Assembly: GCA_002269645.1 (NCBI GenBank)
Contig: NIVC01000911.1
Location: forward strand, 248,001-312,000
Length of the DNA: 64,000 nt
Source: Macrostomum lignano
Lineage: Eukaryota
Direction of reading: 5' to 3'
Shown here piece by piece: positions 46,550 to 60,800 of the stretch. Made by a program: the position numbers and the translations under genes. How positions within the stretch are numbered: the stretch's first letter is position 1; each line of letters opens with the position of its first letter. The notes under the pieces were generated by a model. That model did no database searches. It had not been told where the DNA came from and saw nothing but the letters and a program-made list of their open reading frames with translations.

Positions 46550-48002
46550 AAAGACTTAGAGACAGTAGATTACAAGATTACACAGACTTGCAGACAGTAG
46601 ATTACAAGATTACACAGACTTGCAGACAGTAGATTACAAGATTACACAGACTTGGAGACAGTGGATTACAAGATTACACAGACTTAAAGACAGTAGATTA
46701 CAGATTACACAGACTTAAAGACAGTAGATTGAAGATTACGCAGACTTGGAGACAGTAGATTACAGATTACACAGACTTGGAGACAGCAGATTACAAGATT
46801 ACACAGACTTGGAGACAGCAGATTACAGATTACACAGACTTGGAGACAGCAGATTACAAGATTACACAGACTTGGAGACAGCAGATTACAGATTACACAG
46901 ACTTGGAGACAGTAGATTGCAGATTACACAGACTTGGAGACAGTAGATTGCAGATTACACAGACTTGGAGACAGTAGATTACAGATTACACAGACTTTGA
47001 GACAGTGGATTACAAGATTACACAGACTTGGAGACAGTGGATTACAAGATTACACAGACTTTGAGACAGTGGATTACAGATTACACAGACTTTGAGACAG
47101 TGGATTACAAGATTACACAGACTTGGAGACAGTAGATTACAGATTACACAGACTTTGAGACAGTGGATTACAAGATTACACAGACTTAAAGACAGTAGAT
47201 TACAAGATTACACAGACTTGGAGACAGTAGATTACAAGATTACACAGACTTGGAAACAGTAGATTAGAGATTACACAGACTTAAAGACAGTAGATTACAG
47301 ATTACACAGACTTAAAGACAGTAGATTGAAGATTACGCAGACTTGGAGACAGTAGATTACAGATTACACAGACTTGGAGACAGCAGATTACAGATTACAC
47401 AGACTTGGGGACAGTAGATTACAGATTACACAGACTTGGAGACAGTAGATTACAGATTACACAGACTTGGAGACAGCAGATTACAGATTACACAGACTTG
47501 GAGACAGTAGATTACAGATTACACAGACTTGGAGACAGTAGATTGCAGATTACACAGACTTGGAGACAGTAGATTACAGATTACACAGACTTGCAGACAG
47601 TAGATTGCAAGATTACACAGACTTGGAGACAGTAGATTACAGATTACACAGACTTGGAGACAATGGATTACAAGATTACACAGACTTGGAGACAGTATAT
47701 TACAAGATTACACAGACTTGGAGACAGTAGATTACAGATTACACAGACTTGGAGACAGTAGATTACAGATTACACAGACTTGGAGACAATGGATTACAAG
47801 ATTACACAGACTTGGAGACAGTAGATTACAGATTACACAGACTTGGAGACAGTATATTACAAGATTACACAGACTTGGAGACAGTAGATTACAGATTACA
47901 CAGACTTGGAGACAGTAGATTACAGATTACACAGACTTGGAGACAGTAGATTGCAGATTACACAGACTTGGAGACAGTAGATTGCAGATTACACAGACTT
48001 GG
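46550..48002. repeat. 31/32-bp minisatellite (GGAGACAGTAGATTACAGATTACACAGACTT)
   Basis: About 45 units in two length variants. Confidence 0.95.
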
Positions 48003-49049
48003 GGATTGACATAAAAGGTGCACACAAGTCCAGTCCAGTACAACTCATACTCAGGCACAGGAAGGATAGTCGTTGAGTATAGCTCTAATCCCAGCACAAT
48101 GATCCCCACTGATATCAGTTGCCTAACTTCGGCTTGCCAAAAATGAACCGTCAGTGGATAAATGAAATGGTGCATTGCGTGTGTGTGTGTGCCGGTACCC
48201 AGTGTGTTTACATTTATGCGAGCCAGTACATACTATAGCTATACACTGCATGAGTATGCGGTATTGCTTCAATTTGGTGCTTGTTGCTAGGTGAAGTGGT
48301 TGTCGTTGTGCAACATTCACGGGAAAGCGACAGCTAATATTAGTGTTTGCAGGCAGTCGCTCCCTGCAAGCAGCTCTTGATTATCTCGCAGCCCAGCGGG
48401 AGTGGAGGTCCACGGAACTCCCAAGTGGGAAGAGGTGTAGCTTCGAGTGATTGCGCAATCAAGCGAAACTACAGGTAAGGAGAGGAGAGTCACCCACTGT
48501 CTTTCCCAACTTTGCGCTGTGAGCACGGGAGTCGGTTGTAACATTTGCTGAGATTTGCTTAAGCCGATAAGATTTATGCTAGTATAAATATATGTTAGTT
48601 AGTTATTTTCAAGTGGACAATGCACATATATGTATTCTCTGAGAACTTCATGCTGTTTAATTATAAGGTGTGTCCACGAGGACTGGGGCCTTGGTAACCG
48701 ATCCAGATGAAGATTAAAGATTAATAATTGTGCTCAGCGGAACAGGGACAAAAACATTTGTGCATTTAAACTGAGAAACTGGGCGGGAAAAGTGATGAAG
48801 CAATTGATGAAGAAAAGATCTTTGCATTGATCTGAGAAATTGAAGGATGAGGCAGCGTGAGACAATTAGTGGGACTGCAACAAAAAGGGTAAAAGATGAT
48901 GAAGGCACAGAAGTTACTGATGATATCACTTGCTATTGACAGAGATCTGATCTGAGCGGACTAAACGAAAGTGATAAAGACAAATTGTCTGCTGGCACCT
49001 GTTGGTCAGGGCTTGTCAGGTCATGGCAACTGGGACCGGAAAGACATAC

Positions 49050-49268
<219 letters not shown>

Positions 49269-49864
49269 TAACAAAGCACAGAATCGCAGCCAGCCCAGGT
49301 CAGCAATGCTGTATAGCAGGGATGCAGACTACACACAGTTATTAATCAAGCCGTGGAACCCTGCAACTCGAGTCGAAACTCAGCTTAAGAAGAAACGCGA
49401 CGCCACTCGAACTGCGCAGGCCACACGTCGCAAGGATATCCGATGGGTTTGGAGAGTTTAAGCTGACTCTTTGACCGAAGCACAATAAAGAATGAAGCGG
49501 ATTATCTCTCTATGCTCAAAATCCGTGGCTTTGCAACTGCTGGACTGTTTGTTAGAGCATTATGCTTGCTGTATAATCACATGTTTGTCCGGTTCTGTGG
49601 ACATGTTCCTGGAAATCTGTAATGCGAATAGAAATGGATTAGTTTGATATTTTTCCTCATCTATTCATGCCCAGGCAGCTTATAGAAATATTATATCAAT
49701 ATCTCAAGATGTTCGGAAAGTGCTGTGATGTTCTGAAATATGCGACTAATAACTTAAATGTTGTTTTGTTAATTTGGCTGAGTTGCATTTTTGGAGAATT
49801 GGAAAGTAGCGGTCTGCTCATGAGGGTGGGCAGTGAGGGGTGAGGAAACAACTCGTGAGATACG

Positions 49865-50930
49865 ATTGCGAGAGAGAGGGAGAGGGGGGCGAGATAGGAT
49901 AGAGGATAAAGAAGAGACAAGAGATAATAGAGAGGAAATATATATAATAGGACAGATGAGAGAGTAGGATTGAAAGTGTAGAGAGTAGAGAGTAGACGGG
50001 AGGGAGAAGATACGAGAGGATGAGAGATGAGAGATGAGAGAGGAGAGAGGAGAGATGAGAGAGGAGAGGTGAGAGATGAGAGAGGAGAGATAAAAGATGA
50101 GAGATGAAATATTCGTTCGACCTGTTTTCATTTCATTAACATAATTGCGCGCAATCAGGTAAGCAAATATGTCTATGTAAGCAATCGTTTCAATCGAAAC
50201 AGATATGAGATGAGAGATGACAGAGACAGAGATAGAAGAGGATAAAGTAGATAGGAGAAGTGAAGGGGTGGGTGAGACGAATTGAGGATAGAGTATAAAG
50301 GAGAGACAAGAGATAAAGGATAAGATAGGGAATGAGTAGAGAGATGAGAGAAGAAAGATAATAGATATAGGTGAGAGGTGAGCTGATATGAGATATGAGA
50401 TGTAAGAGAATAGAGATGAGAGAAGAGAGAAGATAGAAGAGAGATGATAGATGAGAGATGAGAGATGAGCGAGAGATGAGAGAAGAGAGAAGATAGCTGA
50501 GAGATGAGAGATGAGCGAGAGATGAGAGAAGAGAGAAGAGAGAAGATAGCTGAGAGATGAGAGATGAGCGAGAGATGAGAGAAGAGAGAAGAGAGAAGAG
50601 AGAAGAGAGATGAGAAATGAGAGATGAGAGATGAGAGATGAGAGATGAGATAGGAAATGAGTAGAGAGATGAGAGAAGAAAGATAATAGATAGAGGTGAG
50701 AGGTGAGCTGATATGAGATATGAGATGTGAGAGAATAGAGATGAGAGAAGAGAGAAGATAGAAGAGGGATGATAGATGAGAGATGAGAGATGAGCGAGAG
50801 ATGAGAGAAGAGAGAAGATAGCTGAGAGATGAGAGATGAGCGAGAGATGAGAGAAGAGAGAAGAGAGAAGAGAGAAGAGAGATGAGAAATGAGAGATGAG
50901 AGATGAGAGATGAGAGATGAGAGAGAATAG
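49865..50930. repeat. GA/GAGAT-rich low-complexity region with internal duplications
   Basis: Two purine-rich tracts (49865-50105 and 50200-50930). Confidence 0.85.
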
Positions 50931-51959
50931 GTATTTCACTGCAGGAGTATATAGATATATAGAGGAGAGAGAAGCAAGGGGGCGGATAGGGCCCTCAGTC
51001 AGTCTTCAGTATACATGTAGCAGGCTTAAGTTATTGTACAGAAAGTTACTTTAAATTCCAAGCGTACTACTAATCAGTTTGTGTCAGTAGTATGCTAGAG
51101 ATTATTCAGGCTTCGTTTCCATTATGTCCTATATACTAAAAATAAGAATTTCGAATCTTGCAAACAAAATTTAGTTAAAATTCCAACTAATTTATTCTGA
51201 ATCCAACACTCAAGAGTTTCACATTTCTGTTGGTTATTCCCCGGAACTGTGAAACGAATTCAGAAATAAATTGCAAATCAATGTTTCAAGTCTGTCAAAA
51301 TTTCAAAAAAGACACTTCCTTAATTAGGACTTGGGACAGGGTCTCTCTTTTAGAAGAATCCTTCTTTTGCTTTTGGTCTATTGGAAACTTCTGCTGTTGC
51401 TACCGAGTCGATGTGCGGACATGTTTGAGGCTACTTGGCTGCCATATATGGGCGCAAATCTAATTAGCGGCTTTGCAAGAGGCTTTCACACCTGGCAGTA
51501 TTGAGCCATCCTTGAGGACATCCTTGATTGAGTCTGTTCGAAATCTTTTTGCCAAGCCGAGGGCAGATATTGGGCTTATGATTTATTCATAATTTCATAT
51601 TGATTTTTCTGTGCAAGTTTGAAAGCAATAGAAGGCGTGTGGCAGAAATGCTAATTTTGTTTTAGTTAGTTTAAACAAACTTCTACCATGGTTAATAAAG
51701 GCCATTTCTCATCATAAAATTTTACTCAAGTATTTCTTGTCACGATTTTCACCAAATTTGTCTTCTTTTAAATACATTTAAGCATTAGTTTACAATATCA
51801 ACAAATGCTTACTTTTACTTTCACAGATTTGAGGATTAATAAATGTTTTATTATTTTTTATAACGCTACTATGACTGAAACAATACTGTATGATGTGCTG
51901 GATAATTAATAACCAGATCAACATTCTATGAGCATTTAAATATTCTATGACCGTTTCAG

Positions 51960-52400
51960 CACTCAATGACCTTTAGCTATGACCACTCTAGCTATGACCA
52001 CTTTAACACTCTATGATTAGCTTAACACTCTATGACCAATTCAACACTCTATGACCATTTCAAAATTCTCTTGATGACCTGCTGTACACCCTATGACCAT
52101 TCTAACACTGTACGAGAATAAGCATTTCAACACTCCATGAACAGTTCAAGAATTTATGACCAGTTTAATATGGTCTATGACCATTTCAACACCATGAACA
52201 GTTCAAGAATCTATGACCAGTTCAATATGGTCTATGACCATTTCAATACTCCATGAACAGTTCAAGAATCTATGACCAGTTCAATATGGTCTATGACCAT
52301 TTCAATACTCTATGAGCAGTTCAAGAATCTATGACCATTTCAATACTCCATGAACAGTTCAAGAATCTATGACCAGCTAAAGCCTTCTATGACCAGTTGA
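51960..52400. repeat. Degenerate CTATGACCA-based repeat
   Basis: Recurrent CTATGACCA...TTCAA units. Confidence 0.75.
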
Positions 52401-52814
52401 ATTCTAGCCAGCTTTGCCAATCCTGACAGCAATAACTATCCAAGTCTGAAACCAAATTTTCTTAGTAATGAGCCACACAAGCCAGTAAGCAACGCATCAT
52501 AGCGGCGCTAAATGGGGTTTTGCCAGAGACTACCGAATGCAGTGCCAGGCAATGCGACAAGTATGCGTTCCTTATCAACCTCCACCTCATTTCTAAGAAA
52601 CTCTATTGTAGCCTCCGTCTACTCCGGTTGTCCATGAAGCAGAGCTGGTCTGCCAGCAGAGCCCGCTTTCATTGGCTTCGGCTGAAACATTCAATGGGCA
52701 TAAATATACTAACAATATCAACTCCAACAGATAAGAGAAGCTTTTTTTAGCACCTAACACTAAACTCACTTTGTGAGCACTCGATCTACAAAGGCTTTCC
52801 TTTAAGGTAAGAAA

Positions 52815-53655
<841 letters not shown>

Positions 53656-53695
53656 GTAGCAGCGCAGCCTCCCTGCCTTTCAGCAGCAGTCTCTG

Positions 53696-56600
53696 ATGGA
53701 CCTTAGCGAATACCGCAGGCGCGGCAAGGAGATGGTGGACTTCATCGCGGACTACCTGGAGAACATCCGCAGTTACCGCGTGTTCCCGGACGTGGAGCCC
53801 GGCTACATGCGAGCCATGGTGCCCGATGGGGCGCCGGAGCGCGGCGAGAAATGGGATAAAATTTTTGCCGACTTTCAGAGTGCCGTCATGCCGGGAGTGA
53901 GCGAACATCTTGGGCTTGATGAAGGATCTAGGATTCTGTAGATTAGGTCATAGTCAGATCATAACTCAGTCCTAGTGACATAATGGAGTCTTAACCGTTT
54001 CCAACCCAACGCAGATGACGCACTGGCAGAGTCCCAGGATGCACGCCTACTTTCCTGCTCTGAACTCGCCAGCATCCCTGCTCGGAGACATGCTAGCCGA
54101 GGGCCTGAACCCGGTCGCCTTCACCTGGGCCTCATCACCGGCCTGCTCAGAGCTGGAGATCATCGTGATGGACTGGCTGGCAAAGATGCTGAGTTTGCCG
54201 GAGTACTTTTTGCACAGCTGCGGTAGCAGCTCCGGTGGGGGCTGCATTCTGGTGAGCGGTAATGGCACTGTACTGATTGGCACTCTCTGCTGTGATTGAG
54301 TGATTGATTGTCACTCTCTCCTGTGATTGAGTGATTGTCACTCTCTCCTGTGATTGAGTGATTGTCACTCTCTCCTGTGATTGACTGATTGTCACTCTCT
54401 CCTGTGATTGACTGATTGTCACTCTCTCCTGTGATTGACTGATTGTCCCTCTCTCCTGTGATTGACTGATTGTCACTCTCTCCTGTGACTGACTGATTGT
54501 CACTCTCTCCTGTGACTGACTGATTGGCACTCTCTCCTGTGACTGACTGATTGTCACTCTCTCCTGTGATTGAGTGATTGTCACTCTCTCCTGTGATTGA
54601 GTGATTGTCACTCTCTCCTGTGATTGACTGATTGTCACTCTCTCCTGTGATTGAGTGATTGTCACTCTTTCCTGTGATTGAGTGATTGTCACTCTCTCCT
54701 GTGATTGAGTGATTGTCACTCTCTCCTGTGATTGAGTGATTGTCACTCTCTCCTGTGATTGAGTGATTGTCACTCTCTCCTGTGATTGACTGATTGTCCC
54801 TCTCTCCTGTGATTGACTGATTGTCACTCTCTCCTGTGATTGACTGATTGTCACTCTCTCCTGTGATTGAGTGATTGTCACTCTCTCCTGTGACTGACTG
54901 ATTGTCACTCTCTCCTGTGACTGACTGATTGGCACTCTCTCCTGTGACTGACTGATTGTCACTCTCTCCTGTGATTGAGTGATTGTCACTCTCTCCTGTG
55001 ATTGAGTGATTGTCACTCTCTCCTGTGATTGACTGATTGTCACTCTCTCCTGTGATTGAGTGATTGTCACTCTTTCCTGTGATTGAGTGATTGTCACTCT
55101 CTCCTGTGATTGAGTGATTGTCACTCTCTCCTGTGATTGAGTGATTGTCACTCTCTCCTGTGATTGAGTGATTGTCACTCTCTCCTGTGATTGACTGATT
55201 GTCACTCTCTCCTGTGATTGACTGATTGTCACTCTCTCCTGTGATTGAGTGATTGTCACTCTCTCCTGTGATTGACTGATTGTCACTCTCTCCTGTGATT
55301 GACTGATTGGCACTCTCTCCTGTGATTGAGTGATTGTCACTCTCTCCTGTGATTGACTGATTGTCCCTCTCTCCTGTGATTGACTGATTGTCACTCTCTC
55401 CTGTGATTGACTGATTGTCACTCTCTCCTGTGACTGACTGATTGTCACTCTCTCCTGTGATTGACTGATTGTCACTCTCTCCTGTGATTGACTGATTGTC
55501 ACTCTCTCCTGTGATTGACTGATTGTCACTCTCTCCTGTGATTGACTGATTGTCCCTCTCTCCTGTGATTGACTGATTGTCACTCTCTCCTGTGACTGAC
55601 TGATTGTCACTCTCTCCTGTGACTGACTGATTGGCACTCTCTCCTGTGACTGACTGATTGTCACTCTCTCCTGTGATTGAGTGATTGTCACTCTCTCCTG
55701 TGATTGAGTGATTGTCACTCTCTCCTGTGATTGACTGATTGTCACTCTCTCCTGTGATTGAGTGATTGTCACTCTTTCCTGTGATTGAGTGATTGTCACT
55801 CTCTCCTGTGATTGAGTGATTGTCACTCTCTCCTGTGATTGAGTGATTGTCACTCTCTCCTGTGATTGAGTGATTGTCACTCTCTCCTGTGATTGACTGA
55901 TTGTCACTCTCTCCTGTGATTGACTGATTGTCACTCTCTCCTGTGATTGACTGATTGTCACTCTCTCCTGTGATTGAGTGATTGTCACTCTCTCCTGTGA
56001 CTGACTGATTGTCACTCTCTCCTGTGACTGACTGATTGGCACTCTCTCCTGTGACTGACTGATTGTCACTCTCTCCTGTGATTGAGTGATTGTCACTCTC
56101 TCCTGTGATTGAGTGATTGTCACTCTCTCCTGTGATTGAGTGATTGTCACTCTTTCCTGTGATTGAGTGATTGTCACTCTCTCCTGTGATTGAGTGATTG
56201 TCACTCTCTCCTGTGATTGAGTGATTGTCACTCTCTCCTGTGATTGAGTGATTGTCACTCTCTCCTGTGATTGAGTGATTGTCACTCTCTCCTGTGATTG
56301 ACTGATTGTCACTCTCTCCTGTGATTGACTGATTGTCACTCTCTCCTGTGATTGAGTGATTGTCACTCTCTCCTGTGATTGACTGATTGTCACTCTCTCC
56401 TGTGATTGAGTGATTGTCACTCTCTCCTGTGATTGACTGATTGTCACTCTCTCCTGTGATTGACTGATTGTCACTCTCTCCTGTGATTGAGTGATTGTCA
56501 CTCTCTCCTGTGATTGACTGATTGTCACTCTCTCCTGTGATTGACTGATTGTCACTCTCTCCTGTGATTGACTGATTATCACTCTCTCCTGTGATTGACT

Positions 56601-57839
56601 GATTGTCACTCTCTCCTGTGATTGACTGATTGTCACTCTCTCCTGTGATTGAGTGATTGTCACTCTCTCCTGTGATTGAGTGATTGTCACTCTCTCCTGT
56701 GATTGACTGATTGTCACTCTCTCCTGTGACTGACTGATTGTCACTCTCTCCTGTGATTGAGTGATTGTCACTCTCTCCTGTGATTGAGTGATTGTCACTC
56801 TCTCCTGTGATTGACTGATTGTCACTCTTTCCTGTGATTGAGTGATTGTCACTCTCTCCTGTGATTGAGTGATTGTCACTCTCTCCTGTGATTGACTGAT
56901 TGTCACTCTCTCCTGTGATTGAGTGATTGTCACTCTCTCCTGTGATTGACTGATTGTCACTCTCTCCTGTGATTGAGTGATTGTCACTCTCTCCTGTGAT
57001 TGAGTGATTGTCACTCTCTCCTGTGATTGACTGATTGTCACTCTCTCCTGTGATTGAGTGATTGTCACTCTTTCCTGTGATTGAGTGATTGTCACTCTCT
57101 CCTGTGATTGAGTGATTGTCACTCTCTCCTGTGATTGAGTGATTGTCACTCTCTCCTGTGATTGAGTGATTGTCACTCTCTCCTGTGATTGACTGATTGT
57201 CCCCTCTCCTGTGATTGACTGATTGTCACTCTCTCCTGTGATTGAGTGATTGTCACTCTCTCCTGTGATTGACTGATTGTCACTCTCTCCTGTGATTGAG
57301 TGATTGTCACTCTCTCCTGTGATTGAGTGATTGTCACTCTCTCCTGTGATTGACTGATTGTCACTCTCTCCTGTGATTGAGTGATTGTCACTCCCTCCTG
57401 TGATTGAGTGATTGTCACTCTCTCCTGTGATTGAGTGATTGAGAAATGCTTTCTCAGTCTTCTGGCTAATTTCTATTAAAGTACACGTCTTCTAATTTGG
57501 CCTATAGCAGCAGGAATAGTGCATGTCTACGGCAAATATCTTAGCTGAAGATTGGTATCAGTATAATGCAACTCACTTACTTGCAACACTCGCTACACCA
57601 AGAATGTCGGTGTGTAAACACATTGAGCAGTAGCCTGCCCGGTTGCAGTTGTTTGGCATTTCATTATTTATCGATTAAATCACGCGACAGAAATTCTGCA
57701 CATGCTTGGTTTAGTAGGCTCAGTGATATGCATTGCTGCACTTTATGTGAGTTGCTGTTGACAGTAGCAAACAACTCACATCAATCAATGAACCAGTCAA
57801 TCAATGAATCATATCAATGAATGAATCAATCAATTAATT

Positions 57840-57884
<45 letters not shown>

Positions 57885-60800
57885 CTCAATCAATCAATCA
57901 ATCAATCAACCAATCAATCACTCAATCAATCAAAAAATGAATCAAACAATCAATCAATCAATCAATCAACCAATCAATCACTCAATCAATCAAAAAATGA
58001 ATCAAACAATCAACCAACCAATCAATCAATCAATCAAAAAATGAATCAAACAATCAGTCAATGAATTAATCAATCAATAAATTAATCAATCAATCAATCA
58101 ATCAATCAATCAGTCAATCAACCAATCAATCACTCAATCACTCAATCAATCAAAAAATGAATCAAACAATCATTCAATGAATTAATCAATCAAATAATCA
58201 ATCAATCAATCAATCAATTATTCAATCAGTCAAATATACAAACAAGCCAGCCAATCAATCAGTCAATCAACCAATCAATCACTCAATCACTCAATCAATC
58301 AAAAAATGAATCAAACAATCAGTCAATGAATTAATCAATCAAATAATCAATCAATCAATCAATCAATTAATCAATCAGTCAAATATACAAACAAGCCAGC
58401 CAATCAATCAGCCAAACAACCCATCAACCATTGTGCAGACGACAGCCTCCGAGGGCACCCTGGTCAGCTTGCTGGCTGCCAGACGTCAGGCAATAAATAA
58501 TTACCGCCTGGATTTGGACTGCGACGAGCTGACGGACTCCGAGATCAACAGCCGGCTCATAGCTTATTGCTCCGATCAGGCCAGTAGCAATATTGCTTCT
58601 ATTTCTACTTCTTGCTACTTATTAAGTAGAAATATTTGCATTTCACGTTCGAAACTTTCCCGTCTAAGAAAAGTGAAAGAAAACGAAAATGCATAATACA
58701 CATTGTTGACTTGAGAGAAGGAGTTAACAGTGACTGTTGTAACGATGAAGGTAGAATTTAATAATTAATTTAATAATTGACTGCACCTGCCCCAATTGGG
58801 CCAGATGTGCAGCTGACAGCTCAGCCGCAGCTATTGCGCGGCGCATCTCTGAAGGCTGCGTACGGCTGTTCAGTCCAAGGACTGGGGGCTCGCCACACAC
58901 ACCCTCAATTACCCCAGCTAATGCTGGCACCCATTTTACAGCTGGGTGAACTCAAGCAATGCAGAGTTAAGTGTCTTGCTCAAGGACACAAATTGTTCCA
59001 GTGGGATCGGGAATCGAACCCTCGACCTTCAAGTAGTACCCTATGATGAAGGTACACATTGATGCAGGGATGAGAGGGACACATTGATACAGGGATGAAG
59101 GACATCGATGCAGGGATGAAGGGACACATTGACCATTGCAGGCGCACTCGTCCGTGGAGAAGGCCGCGGTGATCAGTCTGGTTCAGATTCGATTTGTCCC
59201 ATCCGACGAGCGGCACTCGATGCGCGGCGCTGCACTGGAGCGCATGATCGCCGAGGACGTTAAACGGGGCTTGCAGCCGTTTTACGTTTGCGCCACGCTG
59301 GGCACCACCGGAGCCTGCGCGTTTGACGTGCTTGAAGAGATCGGACCAGTGTGTGAGTTTCCGCGGGGACCTGTCAACATCTTGAACACACTTGAACACA
59401 CTTCTCAAACACCTTTCTCAAAGACATTTCTCATAGACACTTCTCAGAGACACTTCTCAGAGACATTTCTCAAATACACTTCTCAGAGACACTTCTCAAA
59501 GTCACTTCTCAAAGACACTCCTCAAAGATACTTGTTAAAGTCACTTCTCAGGACTCTTTCCTGGCACTAATCTCTTACGATTTATACCTGACACCTGCTC
59601 TAACGCATTCCCAAAACGTTCCTTCACCAAACGCTATCTGGATCAAACCATCGTAGGTAAAACGCACGACCTTTGGCTTCACGTGGACGCGGCTTACGCC
59701 GGAAGCAGCTTCGTCTGTCCAGAGTTTCGCCAGCCAATGCGCGGAATTCAACACGCTGAGTCATTTGTCTTCAATCCCAGCAAGTGGCTGCTGGTCAACT
59801 TCGACTGTACAGCGCTTTGGTAAGCGGAGGTTAAAGACTACGTCGTATCAAACTCAGTGTTTGTGTACAAAACTTAACCAGGGGATTCATGCCAAGTGTG
59901 TGACTGACAAACTTACGGCTCGTATTAGCAATACAGATCTCTGATCTCAGACTACAATTAGTTCGCCATTCCTCATCCGGCAGGGTGAAAGACAGTCGCA
60001 AGCTGCACAACACGTTCAACATTGAGCCGCTGTACCTCAAGCACGAGAGGACCGGTGTAGCCATCGATTTCATGGTGAGTTTTCGTCTGTATCAACAATT
60101 ATCAAATAATCAATTGAGCATTAGAAATAGCCGCAGACCCAAACACTGACAGCATTGGCAGATTCCTTTGAGCAAGAAGTTTCGGTCACTAAAGCTTTGG
60201 TTCGTTCTGAGAAGCTACGGCATTGAGGGACTTCAGGAGCATATTCGGAAGGTGAGCTCTGAATGGCGTTTGCGTCTGACGGCTGACTCTACTGGCTAAC
60301 AGGTGACTCTAGTGTCTAGCAGGTGACTCTAGTGTTCAACAGGTGACTCTAGTGTCTAACAGGTGACTCCAGGGGCTAACAGGTGACTCTAGTGTCTAAC
60401 AGGTGACTCCAGTGGCTAACAGGTGACTCTAGTGTCTAGCAGGTGACTCTAGTGTCTAACAGGTGACTCTAGTGTCTAACAGGTGACTCCAGTGTCTAAC
60501 AGGTGACTCCAGTGGCTAACAGGTGACTCTAGTGTCTAGCAGGTGACTCTAGTGTCTAGCAGGTGACTCCAGTGGCTAACAGGTGACTCTAGTGTCTAGC
60601 AGGTGACTCTAGTGTCTAGCAGGTGACTCTAGTGTCTAGCAGGTGACTCTAGTGTCTAACAGGTGACTCCAGTGGCTAACAGGTGACTCCAGTGGCTAAC
60701 AGGTGACTCTAGTGTCTAACAGGTGACTCCAGTGGCTAACAGGTGACTCTAGTGTCTAGCAGGTGACTCCAGTGGCTAACAGGTGACTCTAGTGTCTAGA

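Noticed and set aside
48300-48560. GC-richer non-repetitive island with a 75-aa ORF between NR4A and HDC
   Set aside because: No ATG start, no recognisable domain and no convincing splice pair.
54147-57176. 1009-aa minus-strand ORF (TITQSQERV)n
   Set aside because: It is the translation of a 27-bp intronic minisatellite antisense to HDC, with no unique coding sequence.
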